Positions 18,504-28,775 are shown, numbered from the stretch's first letter. The stretch is 64,000 nucleotides of DNA from Candidatus Campbellbacteria bacterium GW2011_OD1_34_28 (GCA_001029775.1 CP011215.1:618303-682302); one strand, 5' to 3'. The notes: generated from the sequence alone by a model not told the origin. Numbers and translations: made by a program.

Positions 18504-19607
18504 TTAAATCGTAAAATCTTTTATTGAGTATAAATCGGATTCATCTTCTTTTGGCTGTTGATCTGGAACACTCTCCGCCATAACATCGTCTTTGTCCCAA
18601 TCTGTCTCCTCTATCATTGTCTTTTCTTCTTGTGTCGGAATCATTGCTTCTTCTTCTGTGGCAATATTTTCTGCAACAACATTTTCCGCAACAACATCCA
18701 AATCATTACCTTCGGGAACTGTCTCAACAATTCCATTTGTCTTTATATAATTGTCCAACATTTCATAAGGATTTTTCTTTTCATTTGAGTGAACAAGTTC
18801 TAGAATCTTTCTCAAATCTTCATTAGAAAAGAAATCTATTGTCAATTTGCCTCCGACTTCCCTTCTCTCAATTTGTACTCTTGTGCCCAAAGATTCTGAC
18901 AATTGTCCCTCCAATTCTACCATCTCTGGATCAGGGGGAAGATATCTTTTTCTGATTTTGTCATGAGCAATTTTTCTTGCGATTGCTTCTGCATCACGAA
19001 CTGTCAATTTTTTAAAGACAATTTCTTTAAACAAAGTATCTTGTTCTTCCGGTCTATCTTTCAACATCAGAATTGGTCTAGCGTGTCCTTCGGTAATCTG
19101 TCCTGCAGAAATTGCTTTTTGCATTTCATCTGGAAGTGTCAAAAGTCTTAAACTGTTTGAAACATATTCCCTACTTTTTCCTACTTTTTTTGCAACTTCA
19201 TTGTGCTTAAAACCAAATTCTTCTGTTAGTCTATGGAAAGCCAACGCTCTGTCGATCGGGTTAAGATCTTCTCTCTGCAAGTTTTCAATAATTGCCAATT
19301 CAAGTTTTGCTCCTTCGTCTTGATCTCCTTCTCTAATGATTACTGGCACTTGTGACAAACCCGCCAATTTTGATGCTCGCAATCTTCTTTCTCCTGCGAT
19401 CAATTCGTATTCTGCCATCAAACCGCCGTCTGGTTTTTGTATTTCATACCGTGTTACAACGAGAGGTTGAAGCACCCCATACTGACGGATTGAATCCGCC
19501 AAAAGTTTAAGCTTATCCTCGCTAAATTCTTTTCTTGGCTGATATGGATTTGGTTTTATTTTTTCTACTTCAATCCAAAAGATTGAATCATTTTGAAATT
19601 TTGACAT
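18504..19607 (-). CDS. parB: ParB/Spo0J partition protein with acidic C-terminal extension
   Basis: PNPYQPRK, GVLQP, IAGERRLRA, IENLQREDLNP, HTH. Confidence 0.93.
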   Translation of the reverse strand: MSKFQNDSIFWIEVEKIKPNPYQPRKEFSEDKLKLLADSIRQYGVLQPLVVTRYEIQKPDGGLMAEYELIAGERRLRASKLAGLSQVPVIIREGDQDEGAKLELAIIENLQREDLNPIDRALAFHRLTEEFGFKHNEVAKKVGKSREYVSNSLRLLTLPDEMQKAISAGQITEGHARPILMLKDRPEEQDTLFKEIVFKKLTVRDAEAIARKIAHDKIRKRYLPPDPEMVELEGQLSESLGTRVQIERREVGGKLTIDFFSNEDLRKILELVHSNEKKNPYEMLDNYIKTNGIVETVPEGNDLDVVAENVVAENIATEEEAMIPTQEEKTMIEETDWDKDDVMAESVPDQQPKEDESDLYSIKDFTI

Positions 19608-19758
19608 GAGATTATTTTAACATAAAAATTTTTCATTACCCAAAATTTTTGGTAAATAATTGTGGAGATATGGTGGAAAACCAAAGAATTGATTTTTTGG
19701 AAGAATTTAGTTATTATATCCTTACTTAAATTTTAAATTGTACTTTTAATTTTTTAAT

Positions 19759-19843
19759 GCCGAGGTGGTGGAATTGGTATACACGCACGACTCAAAATCG
19801 TGTCTCGCAAGGGATGGGAGTTCGACTCTCCCCCTCGGCACCA
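19759..19843 (+). tRNA. tRNA-Leu (CAA)
   Basis: CACGA-CTCAAAA-TCGTG anticodon arm, long variable arm, GTTCGAC T-loop, encoded CCA. Confidence 0.93.
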
Positions 19844-19892
19844 CAATCAATCATAATTTAGCGTGAGCACGACTCGCTGCTAGTCAAATTTG

Positions 19893-19937
19893 CGTGTCTC
19901 GCAAGGGATGGGAGTTCGACTCTCCCCCTCGGCACCA
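19893..19937 (+). repeat. Exact 45-bp duplicate of the tRNA-Leu 3' half
   Basis: CGTGTCTCGCAAGGGATGGGAGTTCGACTCTCCCCCTCGGCACCA repeated. Confidence 0.9.
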
Positions 19938-20108
19938 AAAATAAAAAACTGCAATATTCGTGAGTATGAATATTGCGGTTTTTTGTTTTTGGTGCACATT
20001 TTTGTTTTGTATAATCGCTTCAAATTTTTAGTAAAGACAATGACTTCGCAACAAAAACCACCGGATCCTCACGCGGTGATTTTTGATTATCTTTCACTAG
20101 CCAATTAT

Positions 20109-20825
20109 TTATTGTGCTGTACGGAAAGAAGCAGGAGTGGTTATGCTCACATTTTTTGATGAGTCAAACACCACAATCAAATAGTAATATGTTGTATTTG
20201 ATGTGAGGTTATTGATGTTTACCGTGTGAGTAACACGGGCAAGACCATCATATTGAGCCAATGTTCCAGTTACTATAGGTTCTCCTGAGAAAACTCCAGT
20301 TGCATCAAATATATTACTTATTCTAATAGGTGATGTACTGTAATATACTTTTCCCATAGAAGCTTCACTTGCTGTCCAAGTAACGGATGCTCCATCATTA
20401 TCAGTAGTTACATTTATACTTTTTATTGTAGGAGCATAAACATCCCCACCAACATTTCCACCACCTCCAAGTCTTGCATTAATAGCAGCTTGTGTTAGTG
20501 GACCAACACGACCATAACCAGTTGTCGCTGGTGTTCCTTGGGAAACGATTCCCACCGATGTTTGAAATCTTTCTACTGCTGCTTTGGTAAGTTGACCAAA
20601 GTATCCAGTAACCAAACCTTCAGGATAGATACTCACATCTGTAGCGAGATATGTCTGAAGTTCAGTGACTTCCGAACCACGGTCACCAAGGTCCAACTGA
20701 CTAGTGATGACAGCATAGGCACTTTGAACGCCAAAGACCAACAAAGCAAGCATGGTCATCATTGTCACACCAAAGAGAAAACCTATGCGTGGTATATTCT
20801 TTTGTAAATTTATTATTTTGTTCAT
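20109..20825 (-). CDS. Secreted peptidoglycan-binding domain protein with FN3-like C-terminus
   Basis: LGDRGSEVTELQ...GYFGQLTKAAVERFQ...GRVGPLT; start uncertain. Confidence 0.85.
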   Translation of the reverse strand: MNKIINLQKNIPRIGFLFGVTMMTMLALLVFGVQSAYAVITSQLDLGDRGSEVTELQTYLATDVSIYPEGLVTGYFGQLTKAAVERFQTSVGIVSQGTPATTGYGRVGPLTQAAINARLGGGGNVGGDVYAPTIKSINVTTDNDGASVTWTASEASMGKVYYSTSPIRISNIFDATGVFSGEPIVTGTLAQYDGLARVTHTVNINNLTSNTTYYYLIVVFDSSKNVSITTPASFRTAQ

Positions 20826-20998
20826 GTTATTTTTGTTTAGATTAATAATAGAGATTGTTAAGTTAAAATGTTTTACATGATCGACCATTCATGTTTGTAA
20901 TCTCTCTACCTATAGTGCCGTTTCAAATGCACTTTCATTACAAACTTCATTACAGTTTTCATTACAAACATCTTTTGGGCCAAATTTTAAACAGTTTT

Positions 20999-21577
20999 TT
21001 AACGACTTATTTCCGGTTCGTCTACCTTTCTCTTTAAATTTTCTATATAAATTTCCAGCCTTTCTATTCTTTCCTCTGTTTCATCTTCAAATTGTTTTGT
21101 GTGAAGGGCAAGCATCTCAGCAACACTCATCATTTCTGTAACATCTTCTATGGCAAGAAGTATGATTGGAGGAAAAGAAGGATCCTCCTTCACATGAATT
21201 TGGCGAGCATTTAAAATCATGGACTTATGCCCAATAGAAGGAAAATCATGAGAAACTTCAAATCCCTTGAAAAAAGTATTTTTAGGCAAAATATCTTCAA
21301 GCAGTTTTCGTAAAGCTGGAATATTCCATTGGCCATTTCCCAACTCATATACAATTTTTTGTTCAGTGTCCCCGGCCTCTACTTGAAATACTCGGTAAAA
21401 AGATTCATTGGCTGCCATCACACGAAAATTTTTATCTAAAATTAAAACAGGTTCGTGTACAACATCGACTACAGTTTTAATATATGTCCAACTTTTTTCC
21501 CAAAAATGATCTACGAAATCAGCTCCGATAGTAGCAAATATTTGTCCTGCATTATTATTTTTTTTATTTTTCTCCAT
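20999..21577 (-). CDS. Stand-alone PAS-domain protein resembling the PAS module of CheB/CheR fusions
   Basis: EPVLILDKNFRVMAANESFY..F...YELGNGQWNIPALRKLLE..LP; MILNARQI; ILLAIED. Start uncertain. Confidence 0.8.
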   Translation of the reverse strand: MEKNKKNNNAGQIFATIGADFVDHFWEKSWTYIKTVVDVVHEPVLILDKNFRVMAANESFYRVFQVEAGDTEQKIVYELGNGQWNIPALRKLLEDILPKNTFFKGFEVSHDFPSIGHKSMILNARQIHVKEDPSFPPIILLAIEDVTEMMSVAEMLALHTKQFEDETEERIERLEIYIENLKRKVDEPEISR

Positions 21578-21819
21578 ATACAATAACAGCCGAAAAAAAA
21601 AGAATATCATTACAAAAACTCGCTCTAAAATATATGGCATGTTATACTTAGGTATCAAATATTCACTCATTTGTAAGACACTGTTGTAATACTTTAGTAA
21701 TAAAGTATGAGATATTCAATCTCAAATTCCCTTTCAAAATATAAACTTTAAAAAAAATTCCAGTACCCTTTGTAATACTTGTGTAATAAAATAACCCCGG
21801 GTTCGGCTTATATAATATT

Positions 21820-22350
21820 ATGATTATGACACCGAAACAAAAGAATAAGCGGGATATAATATTGACCATGGCACACCGCAACTATGAAAAAGGTATGAGT
21901 TCGTACGCTTTCTTCAAAGTGCAGAATAGTGCGATGAGCAAGGATTTGGTTCAGGACACTTTCATAAAAACTTGGAAATATCTCGTTAGAAACGGAAAGA
22001 TTGATTTGATGAAACCATTTTTATACCACATTCTAAACCAATTGATCATTGATGAATATCGTAAAAAATATCGTAAGAATAAAACAACTTCCCTTGATGC
22101 TCTTATGGAAAAAGGATTTGAGCCAGGCTTTGATAATTCGGAACGCATGATAAATACTTTTGATGGCAAAGCTATCTTACTTTTAATTCAATATCTCCCA
22201 ACAAAATACGAAAAGGTCGTACGTATGCGATATGTTCAGAATCTCTCACTTAAAGAGATCTCCCTCATAACGGGGCAATCTAGAAATGCCGTCGCTGTGC
22301 AAGCATATCGGGGACTTGCGAAACTGAAAAAATTATATAATCACAAATAA
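21820..22350 (+). CDS. ECF RNA polymerase sigma factor
   Basis: DLVQDTFIKTW...FLYHILNQLIIDEYRK region 2; LSLKEIS...VAVQAYRGL region 4. Confidence 0.88.
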   Translation: MIMTPKQKNKRDIILTMAHRNYEKGMSSYAFFKVQNSAMSKDLVQDTFIKTWKYLVRNGKIDLMKPFLYHILNQLIIDEYRKKYRKNKTTSLDALMEKGFEPGFDNSERMINTFDGKAILLLIQYLPTKYEKVVRMRYVQNLSLKEISLITGQSRNAVAVQAYRGLAKLKKLYNHK

Positions 22351-22354
22351 AAAT

Positions 22355-22486
22355 ATGCTTTGGACAATAATAATCGTTTTGTTTATTCTATGGCTTCTCG
22401 GATTTAGTTTTAATGTAGGAGGTAATCTTATTCACACTTTACTTGTTATTGCGCTCATCGTCCTTATTGTTAACCTCTTATCTTAA
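22355..22486 (+). CDS. lmo0937-family small membrane protein (not in ORF track)
   Basis: MLWTIIIVLFILWLLGFSFNVGGNLIHTLLVIALIVLIVNLLS. Confidence 0.8.
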   Translation: MLWTIIIVLFILWLLGFSFNVGGNLIHTLLVIALIVLIVNLLS

Positions 22487-22516
22487 ACATAACAAATCTA
22501 AAGAATGAACCAGAAA

Positions 22517-22562
22517 CAAAAATGCCGAAATTTATGCGACCGCATAAATTTCGGCATTTTTG
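22517..22562. repeat. CG-AC-CG-centred perfect palindrome (22-bp arms); may also act as terminator
   Basis: CAAAAATGCCGAAATTTATGCG-AC-CGCATAAATTTCGGCATTTTTG. Confidence 0.85.
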
Positions 22563-22601
22563 CTTACTTATTACTTTAATCTTGCTACTTAATGCTAGCA
22601 G

Positions 22602-23303
22602 TTATGTAATAACTGATATGTGTTCCAATAACATTTTTACTGAAGGAGACCTATCGTTCAAAAAACTGCGACAATTCATAATCTCATTAAAAATAATTTG
22701 ATCTTTTTCTTTTACATTTTTAAAATCAATGTCTTCCCTCAACTGTTTTTCTAATTCATTTAAAAACCTGATTGCACCGCTTTTATCAGCTGGCTCTTTT
22801 TTCTTGCTATCACCAAAATAAATTTTTACCATTTCCAATCTCTCTGCCAGAGAAGACTTTATAAATTTCTTTGCAAACTTTTCTATCTCTATCTCGGAAT
22901 CACTTTCTGAATATGGTCGCACAAGCATCAGCCTTGATTTTAATGTTGGTAAAAGTATCTCGGACGAATTCATAATTATAAAAAAATGAGTATGAGGAGT
23001 AGGTTCTTCAAACATTTTCAAAAGAGAATTTTGTGCCTCTCTGGTAATAAAATTCATTTTAATCACAAAAAACTGTTTTCCCCCGTTAAAAGATTTTTTG
23101 GATTGTAATTCATTTATTTTTCTTCCGTCATCAATTCCAAAAGTCTCAAATTCTCCAAACCAAAAATCAGGATTATTTTTTGTAGAAAATTTTAAAACAT
23201 CTTCAAAAAGATTTATTATTTGAGCAACAATCTCCAAAGAATCGCTTTCTATCAAATAAGCGTGATGAAGGCTGTCTTTATGTTTAATTATTTCGCGTAA
23301 CAT
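22602..23303 (-). CDS. holB: DNA polymerase III delta-prime-like subunit (short form)
   Basis: LHHAYLI, ITREAQNSLLKMFEEP, LLPTLKSR. Confidence 0.8.
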   Translation of the reverse strand: MLREIIKHKDSLHHAYLIESDSLEIVAQIINLFEDVLKFSTKNNPDFWFGEFETFGIDDGRKINELQSKKSFNGGKQFFVIKMNFITREAQNSLLKMFEEPTPHTHFFIIMNSSEILLPTLKSRLMLVRPYSESDSEIEIEKFAKKFIKSSLAERLEMVKIYFGDSKKKEPADKSGAIRFLNELEKQLREDIDFKNVKEKDQIIFNEIMNCRSFLNDRSPSVKMLLEHISVIT

Positions 23304-23405
23304 TGATTAAAGTATAAGCGGATATGTTAAAAGTATAAAGCGTTGACAAACAATATTGGTTATAGTTAAATCATTTAAGAATAAAGAATTCTTTACACAA
23401 AAACA

Positions 23406-23732
23406 ATGCTGGAGGAGAAGATGAAAGAATACACATTTTATGCTTATGACAAAACAAAATATGTCATCCAATTAATTGATGGCAAAGCAATTATTGATCC
23501 ACCTTGTGGGGCTATGTTTGCTCTGGAAACAAATGTCACAGAAATAATTGCGGCTCCATCTGTTCAAGATCATAATGCCAACATATCTCCAAAAGACTTT
23601 GGGAACTATCTGGAATTTCTTGAACATGGAGATGGATCTTCTATAAATGTGAATATTAAAATTTATGAAGGAACTTTTTCTCTAACAATATTTCCAAATG
23701 GATTATTCTTTCCAAGCAGAAGAGAACTTTAA
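23406..23732 (+). CDS. Hypothetical protein (start may be the second Met after GGAGGAG)
   Basis: ORF with upstream TTGACA promoter-like element and downstream terminator. Confidence 0.6.
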   Translation: MLEEKMKEYTFYAYDKTKYVIQLIDGKAIIDPPCGAMFALETNVTEIIAAPSVQDHNANISPKDFGNYLEFLEHGDGSSINVNIKIYEGTFSLTIFPNGLFFPSRREL

Positions 23733-23969
23733 TATCTATTTTGTTTTCAAAAAAGATATACAAAAAGCACAGACTAAAAATCTGTGCTTTTTTTAATTAT
23801 AACTTTGAATTATGAAATTGGATTTTCTGGATCGCTTCGTTTCATTCGCGAAGACGAACAAGTCAGTTTCATTCGTGCTGTCAGCTGTAAGTTGTTGGCT
23901 ATTGGCTTCGTTATTCCACATCTTCCTGTTTCTCACAAAGGCTACAAAATATGCCAAATTTAGAATTAT

Positions 23970-24989
23970 TTATCTTTTTGAGATGACGGATTTCTTGTAG
24001 GTGTCTAAGTGTTCCAAAGCGATACCTGTTCCTTTAGCAACACAATAAAGAGGATCTTTTGCTAAAACTGCTTTAACACCTGTTTTTTGTTTTACCAATT
24101 CTGTTAGGTTTCTTAATTGAGAAGATCCTCCTGTCATAGTGATTCCTTGATCAATAATATCCGCAGACAATTCTGGTGGTGTATCGTGCAAAACATCTTT
24201 AATTGCTTTTATTATTTCATTTAATTCTTTTTGCAACCCCTTAACAATCTCGTTTGTTCCGATCTCAACAGACCTTGGAAGACCTGAAACAAAGTCTCTC
24301 CCTTTTACTTCAAATTTCAATTCTTCTTTTTCTTTTACCATAACCGCTGAACCAATTTTCATTTTTATATCCTCGGCTGTTTTGTCTCCAATTGAAAGAT
24401 TGTGAGTTTTTTTAACATAATCAACAATAGCATGATCCATTTTGTCTCCTGCACATTTTACAGAAGTAGAGGCAACTATACCTCCCAAAGAAATAACAGC
24501 GACATCGGTTGTTCCTCCTCCAATATCTACTACCATATTGCCGTTAGCTTCTTCAATCAAAATTCCTGCTCCAATTGCAGCCAGAATAGGCTCTTTTACA
24601 ACATAAGCCTTCCTCGCTCCTGCTTTCATCGCTGCTTCAATTACCGCTCTTCTTTCTGTAGAAGTAACACCAGCAGGTACAGATACCAAAACATCTGGCT
24701 TGAAAAAATTCCATTTTCCAAGAGCTTTTTCAATATAATAACGAAGCATTGCTTCTGTCACTCTATAATCGGCGATTACTCCGTTTCTCATAGGTCGATA
24801 TGCAATAATGTTGTCAGGAGTTTTTCCAATCATTCTTTTTGCCTCAAGCCCTACTGCCAAAATTTGATTATCCATTTCTGAAACAGCAACAACAGAAGGT
24901 TCATTCAAGATAACCCCTTTCCCTGGAACATAGACCAAAGTATTGGCTGTTCCTAAATCTATTCCTAATTTTTTTGTAAACATTCCCAT
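23970..24989 (-). CDS. mreB: Rod shape-determining protein MreB/Mbl
   Basis: GIDLGTANT, EPSVVA, VDIGGGTTD, TGGSS.L. Confidence 0.96.
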   Translation of the reverse strand: MGMFTKKLGIDLGTANTLVYVPGKGVILNEPSVVAVSEMDNQILAVGLEAKRMIGKTPDNIIAYRPMRNGVIADYRVTEAMLRYYIEKALGKWNFFKPDVLVSVPAGVTSTERRAVIEAAMKAGARKAYVVKEPILAAIGAGILIEEANGNMVVDIGGGTTDVAVISLGGIVASTSVKCAGDKMDHAIVDYVKKTHNLSIGDKTAEDIKMKIGSAVMVKEKEELKFEVKGRDFVSGLPRSVEIGTNEIVKGLQKELNEIIKAIKDVLHDTPPELSADIIDQGITMTGGSSQLRNLTELVKQKTGVKAVLAKDPLYCVAKGTGIALEHLDTYKKSVISKR

Positions 24990-25170
24990 AATAAAATTTT
25001 TATTCTAAAAATTTCAAATCCTAAATTCTAATACCTAAATCCTAAACACCTGCCTGCCGGCAGGCAGGAATTCAAATTTTTTAATTTTCCAATTTTCAAA
25101 ACTTTTTGTATTTTGAATTTTGGATTTTTTGAGTTTGTTTAGAATTTAGAGTTTAGTGCTTAGAATTTTT

Positions 25171-26469
25171 TTAACTTATTCTCTCTATTTTTACTCCTAT
25201 CTTTTGCAATCTTTCTTCTATCCTCTCATACCCTCTATCTATCAAGTACACATTATCTATGATTGACTCCCCTTTTGCAAGAATTCCAGCGATTATAAAT
25301 GCCAGCCCTGCTCTCAAATCTGGACTCTCTACCTCTCTCCCTCTGAAAGAAGTCGGGCCTTTTACAAGAGCTCTATGTGGATCAAGTAAAATAATATTTG
25401 CACCCATTCTATTTATATCTTCAACAAAGTTTAATCTCCCCTCAAAAATAGTTTCAAAAACCAAAGATTCACCTGTTGCTTGTGTTAAGAAAATCACCAT
25501 TGGAGCTTGTAAATCTGTTGGAAATCCGGGAAATTCTTTTGTCTTAAATCCAATACTTTTGAAATCTTTATTTTTTAATTTTGCATTTCCTTTTATTTTT
25601 ATACTGGTCTTTCCAATCTCCAAAGGTACACCAGCATCTTTCAATATTTCAATCAATATTTCAATATCGTTTGGATTACAATCTGTTATTTCCAAATTGT
25701 CCGCACACAAAGCCCCCATTATCAAAAAACTTCCTGCTTCTATTCGGTCAGGCATTGCTTTATAAATTTTCCCTTTTGATTTGAGAAGTCCTCCACCTAT
25801 TATCTCAATAGTGGATGTCCCCGCTCCTTTTATTTTTGCGCCACAAGAAATCAAAAAATCTGCCAAATTCTTTATTTCAGGCTCTATGGCACAATTTTTT
25901 AAAACCGTTTTACCTTTTGCCAAAACACCAGCCATTACAAATGTCTCTGTTGCTGTGACGCTTGGTGCTCTAAAAAATATTTCTGCTCCTTTCAATTTTT
26001 TTCCTGTTTTTACTTTTATATAGTATCTATCATTTTTGAATTCCATTTCTGCTCCCATTTTTTCAAATCCTTCTACAAAAAAATCTATTGGCCTTGCTCC
26101 AATAACACAACCTCCTGGAACAGGAAAAGAAACTTCGCCAAATCTAGACAAAATAGGTCCCGTCAAAACAATAGAAGCCCTTATTCTCTCAGAAATTTCT
26201 CTATCCAATTCACAATATTTTATTTTTTTAGCATCAATAGAATAGATACCTTTATTTTTTTTAGAAACAACCACACCCATTTTCCCAAGTAATTCAGAGA
26301 GTCTTTTTACATCTTCAATATCAGGAATATTTTTCATTTCAATTCCGTCTTCAAACAAAACACTACTTGCCATCACTTTTAAAATCGCATTTTTAGCACC
26401 ATTTACTTTTATCTTTCCAGATAAAGTTTTTCTGCCACTTAATCCTTGAATTACAAATTTATCTTTCAT
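25171..26469 (-). CDS. murA: UDP-N-acetylglucosamine 1-carboxyvinyltransferase
   Basis: GAKNA, PGGCVIGARP, FPGFPTDLQ, DLRAG, IDRGYE. Confidence 0.96.
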   Translation of the reverse strand: MKDKFVIQGLSGRKTLSGKIKVNGAKNAILKVMASSVLFEDGIEMKNIPDIEDVKRLSELLGKMGVVVSKKNKGIYSIDAKKIKYCELDREISERIRASIVLTGPILSRFGEVSFPVPGGCVIGARPIDFFVEGFEKMGAEMEFKNDRYYIKVKTGKKLKGAEIFFRAPSVTATETFVMAGVLAKGKTVLKNCAIEPEIKNLADFLISCGAKIKGAGTSTIEIIGGGLLKSKGKIYKAMPDRIEAGSFLIMGALCADNLEITDCNPNDIEILIEILKDAGVPLEIGKTSIKIKGNAKLKNKDFKSIGFKTKEFPGFPTDLQAPMVIFLTQATGESLVFETIFEGRLNFVEDINRMGANIILLDPHRALVKGPTSFRGREVESPDLRAGLAFIIAGILAKGESIIDNVYLIDRGYERIEERLQKIGVKIERIS

Positions 26470-26566
26470 TCACATAATATTAAGCATTTTTTTGATTTTT
26501 TACAAATTTTGTCTTATCAACAGTACAAACAAAAAAATGAACCCCGAAGGGTTCATTAATATAAAT

Positions 26567-26920
26567 TTAAACAGCCATCCCAGGCCACCAACACATGTAT
26601 ATATCACCTCTGACAAACATGACTGAGGGCCTCTTGTGTAAAACATCACCAATTTTTTTTCTAATCTCCGGTCCTTTAACAGGATTCGAACACAAAGACA
26701 TGGTTCCGTGGGAGCCAAGACCCTTATGAAACTGAATGAAAAAATCACTCTTTTCTCCTTCACGGCAAAAGTGGTAATCGTGTCTATCACCGACTTTTAC
26801 TAAAGAACCTGTCTCACCATCATGAAGAAACGCGCGGTTAATTGTATTGAGCAATAAAGCTTGCTTGACACTCACATCTCCTGGGCCATTCCCAAAAGCA
26901 ACTGTTTTTAATTGTGACAT
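26567..26920 (-). CDS. Hypothetical protein
   Basis: GGGAG SD, downstream hairpin 26537-26557. Confidence 0.55.
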   Translation of the reverse strand: MSQLKTVAFGNGPGDVSVKQALLLNTINRAFLHDGETGSLVKVGDRHDYHFCREGEKSDFFIQFHKGLGSHGTMSLCSNPVKGPEIRKKIGDVLHKRPSVMFVRGDIYMCWWPGMAV

Positions 26921-27051
26921 CTTTTATTTCTCCCGTAAAAAAATTAACATTAAAAAACATTTCCAAAAAAACATTACCACAAAACAAACCGTATACGCAA
27001 GTCTTAGGGACTTTATAGACTTTACAGACTTTCTGCCTTAAACTTGTTTAT

Positions 27052-27789
27052 ATGTATTTGATCACAGCTATTTCAATATATAGAAATAAATTTCAAACAC
27101 CCTCTCTATTTTTTTCTTCTCAAAATTTTGATATTGGCTCTGTTGTTTTTGTATCAATAGACAAAAAAAATAAACCAGCCTTGGTGATAGAAACAGACGA
27201 TTTAAACAAAAACAAATCTCTTATTCGCAGAAGTAAAATAAAAATAGGAAAAATTAATCAAAAAGAAGAGTGTCGTTTGATAAATAAAGATTTGATTGAA
27301 TTCACAAAACTTGGTTCTCAAAAAACAAACCTTAAAATTGAAGAGGTTTTTCAAAAAATAACGCCAACAAAAATCGTCAAAAATTTGAACAATTTTGATT
27401 TTAAAAAAGAAAACAAAGAGACAATAAAATTCTTTGAAAAATTAACACGCGAGGATATAAAGAAAAAAATTGTAAAAAAGAAAATTGTAACAGAAAAAAG
27501 AGGTAACGATGGCGAAATAAAAACAATCGGTTCTTTCTTGTCAGAAACAAAACAAGTTAAAAAAAGCCTTCATTCTGAAAAACATTACCTTGTTAATGAA
27601 ATCAGAAATTATTTTGGAGAAACTGCTAAAAATGGCAAAGGATCTTTCAGTTTTTATTTAGGCTTTTTTAAAAGAATTCCTGAGAAAAAAATATACGAAT
27701 TTTGGTCAGAGGTAAAACAAAGTAGAAAATCTATCAAAGATCAACAAAAATTGTTTTGGTGGAAAATAGGACAATATTTAAAACAATAA
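27052..27789 (+). CDS. Hypothetical Lys-rich protein; N-terminus resembles the PriA 3'-DNA-binding domain
   Basis: FFSSQNFDIGSVVFVSI....ALV pattern; no helicase motifs. Confidence 0.55.
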   Translation: MYLITAISIYRNKFQTPSLFFSSQNFDIGSVVFVSIDKKNKPALVIETDDLNKNKSLIRRSKIKIGKINQKEECRLINKDLIEFTKLGSQKTNLKIEEVFQKITPTKIVKNLNNFDFKKENKETIKFFEKLTREDIKKKIVKKKIVTEKRGNDGEIKTIGSFLSETKQVKKSLHSEKHYLVNEIRNYFGETAKNGKGSFSFYLGFFKRIPEKKIYEFWSEVKQSRKSIKDQQKLFWWKIGQYLKQ

Positions 27790-27804
27790 TAGTTTTATAT
27801 ATAT

Positions 27805-27854
27805 AAAAACAATCTTAAAATTCTGACGACCGTTAAAATTTTGAGATAGTTTTT
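27805..27854. repeat. CG-AC-CG-centred imperfect palindrome
   Basis: AAAAACAATCTTAAAATTCTGACG-AC-CGTTAAAATTTTGAGATAGTTTTT. Confidence 0.85.
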
Positions 27855-27932
27855 CTATTTACGCACGGCCCGACCGTATATGAATATTGATTTTAAAAAA
27901 GCCCGCGTAGGCGGGCTTTTTGGTTCAGAAAT

Positions 27933-28643
27933 CTAGGCGGTTTTTATATTTTCCTCCGCCGTATCTTCGGAATTGAGTCTTTTTATTTCTTCAAAAATTG
28001 CTTTTGCATTTTGTTCAATAAAATGACGACGATTTTGAATCAAAGTGTTAAAAAGATCAACACGATTTTCTTTTAAATAAAAACGCTCATCAGTGTCTCC
28101 TAAATTCTCAAAAGACAAAGCCGGGAAACAATGAAAACAAATAAAAGTATGGTCCCACAACATTTTTGAGTAAAGACCGAGCAGGTCATAATATTTATTG
28201 ATTTGGTAATTATTGTTTAATACGAGATTTAACCCATTCAAATCCTTCTTTAACTCATCAATGTCAATATTTAAACGCGATCCGCAAAAATTGCTGATAT
28301 CAATTATCAGTTGAGGTCTATATTTGGGGGTAATCACTTCCGGCAAATCTTCGGCCAAATACAAAACTATATTATTTCTTACTCGTTCCAAACTGGACTT
28401 ATGAAAGTGGTTTGCCTTTTCCACCATTTTAATTAAATGATCCTCGAAAAGCCTTCTCTGACAAAACTCTTCAAAGATCAATGCGAAAATAAAACTTGGG
28501 ATGAGAGACATCACAAGAAATAAATGTACGCTATCAGAATTAAGGTTCTCCTCCCCTGTTAAATGGTGAAGAATGAGTAAAGTAATTAGTCCAAAAATAC
28601 AAGAAAGTAAAAACCAATTCCAACAAAATCTTTTAATATTCAC
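27933..28643 (-). CDS. Hypothetical 2-TM membrane protein
   Basis: GGAGG SD before GTG at 28643; two hydrophobic helices; terminator 27896-27921. Confidence 0.65.
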   Translation of the reverse strand: MNIKRFCWNWFLLSCIFGLITLLILHHLTGEENLNSDSVHLFLVMSLIPSFIFALIFEEFCQRRLFEDHLIKMVEKANHFHKSSLERVRNNIVLYLAEDLPEVITPKYRPQLIIDISNFCGSRLNIDIDELKKDLNGLNLVLNNNYQINKYYDLLGLYSKMLWDHTFICFHCFPALSFENLGDTDERFYLKENRVDLFNTLIQNRRHFIEQNAKAIFEEIKRLNSEDTAEENIKTA

Positions 28644-28729
28644 AAGACCTCCATTTATAAGTTTAAAAGACCAAAACCAATTTCCTTTTGTAATACTGCA
28701 AAAAATGAGGTTAAAAGTCAAGAAAAATA

Positions 28730-28775
28730 AAACTATCCTAAAATTTTAACGACCGTCAGAAGTTTAAGATTGTTT
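28730..28775. repeat. CG-AC-CG-centred imperfect palindrome
   Basis: AAACTATCCTAAAATTTTAACG-AC-CGTCAGAAGTTTAAGATTGTTT. Confidence 0.85.

Noticed and set aside
18504-19740. parS site near parB
   Set aside because: No TGTTTCACGTGAAACA-like palindrome was seen by eye.
24402-26245. Long antisense ORFs over mreB and murA, and similar ones over other core genes
   Set aside because: Typical opposite-strand shadows with no recognisable motifs or start signals.
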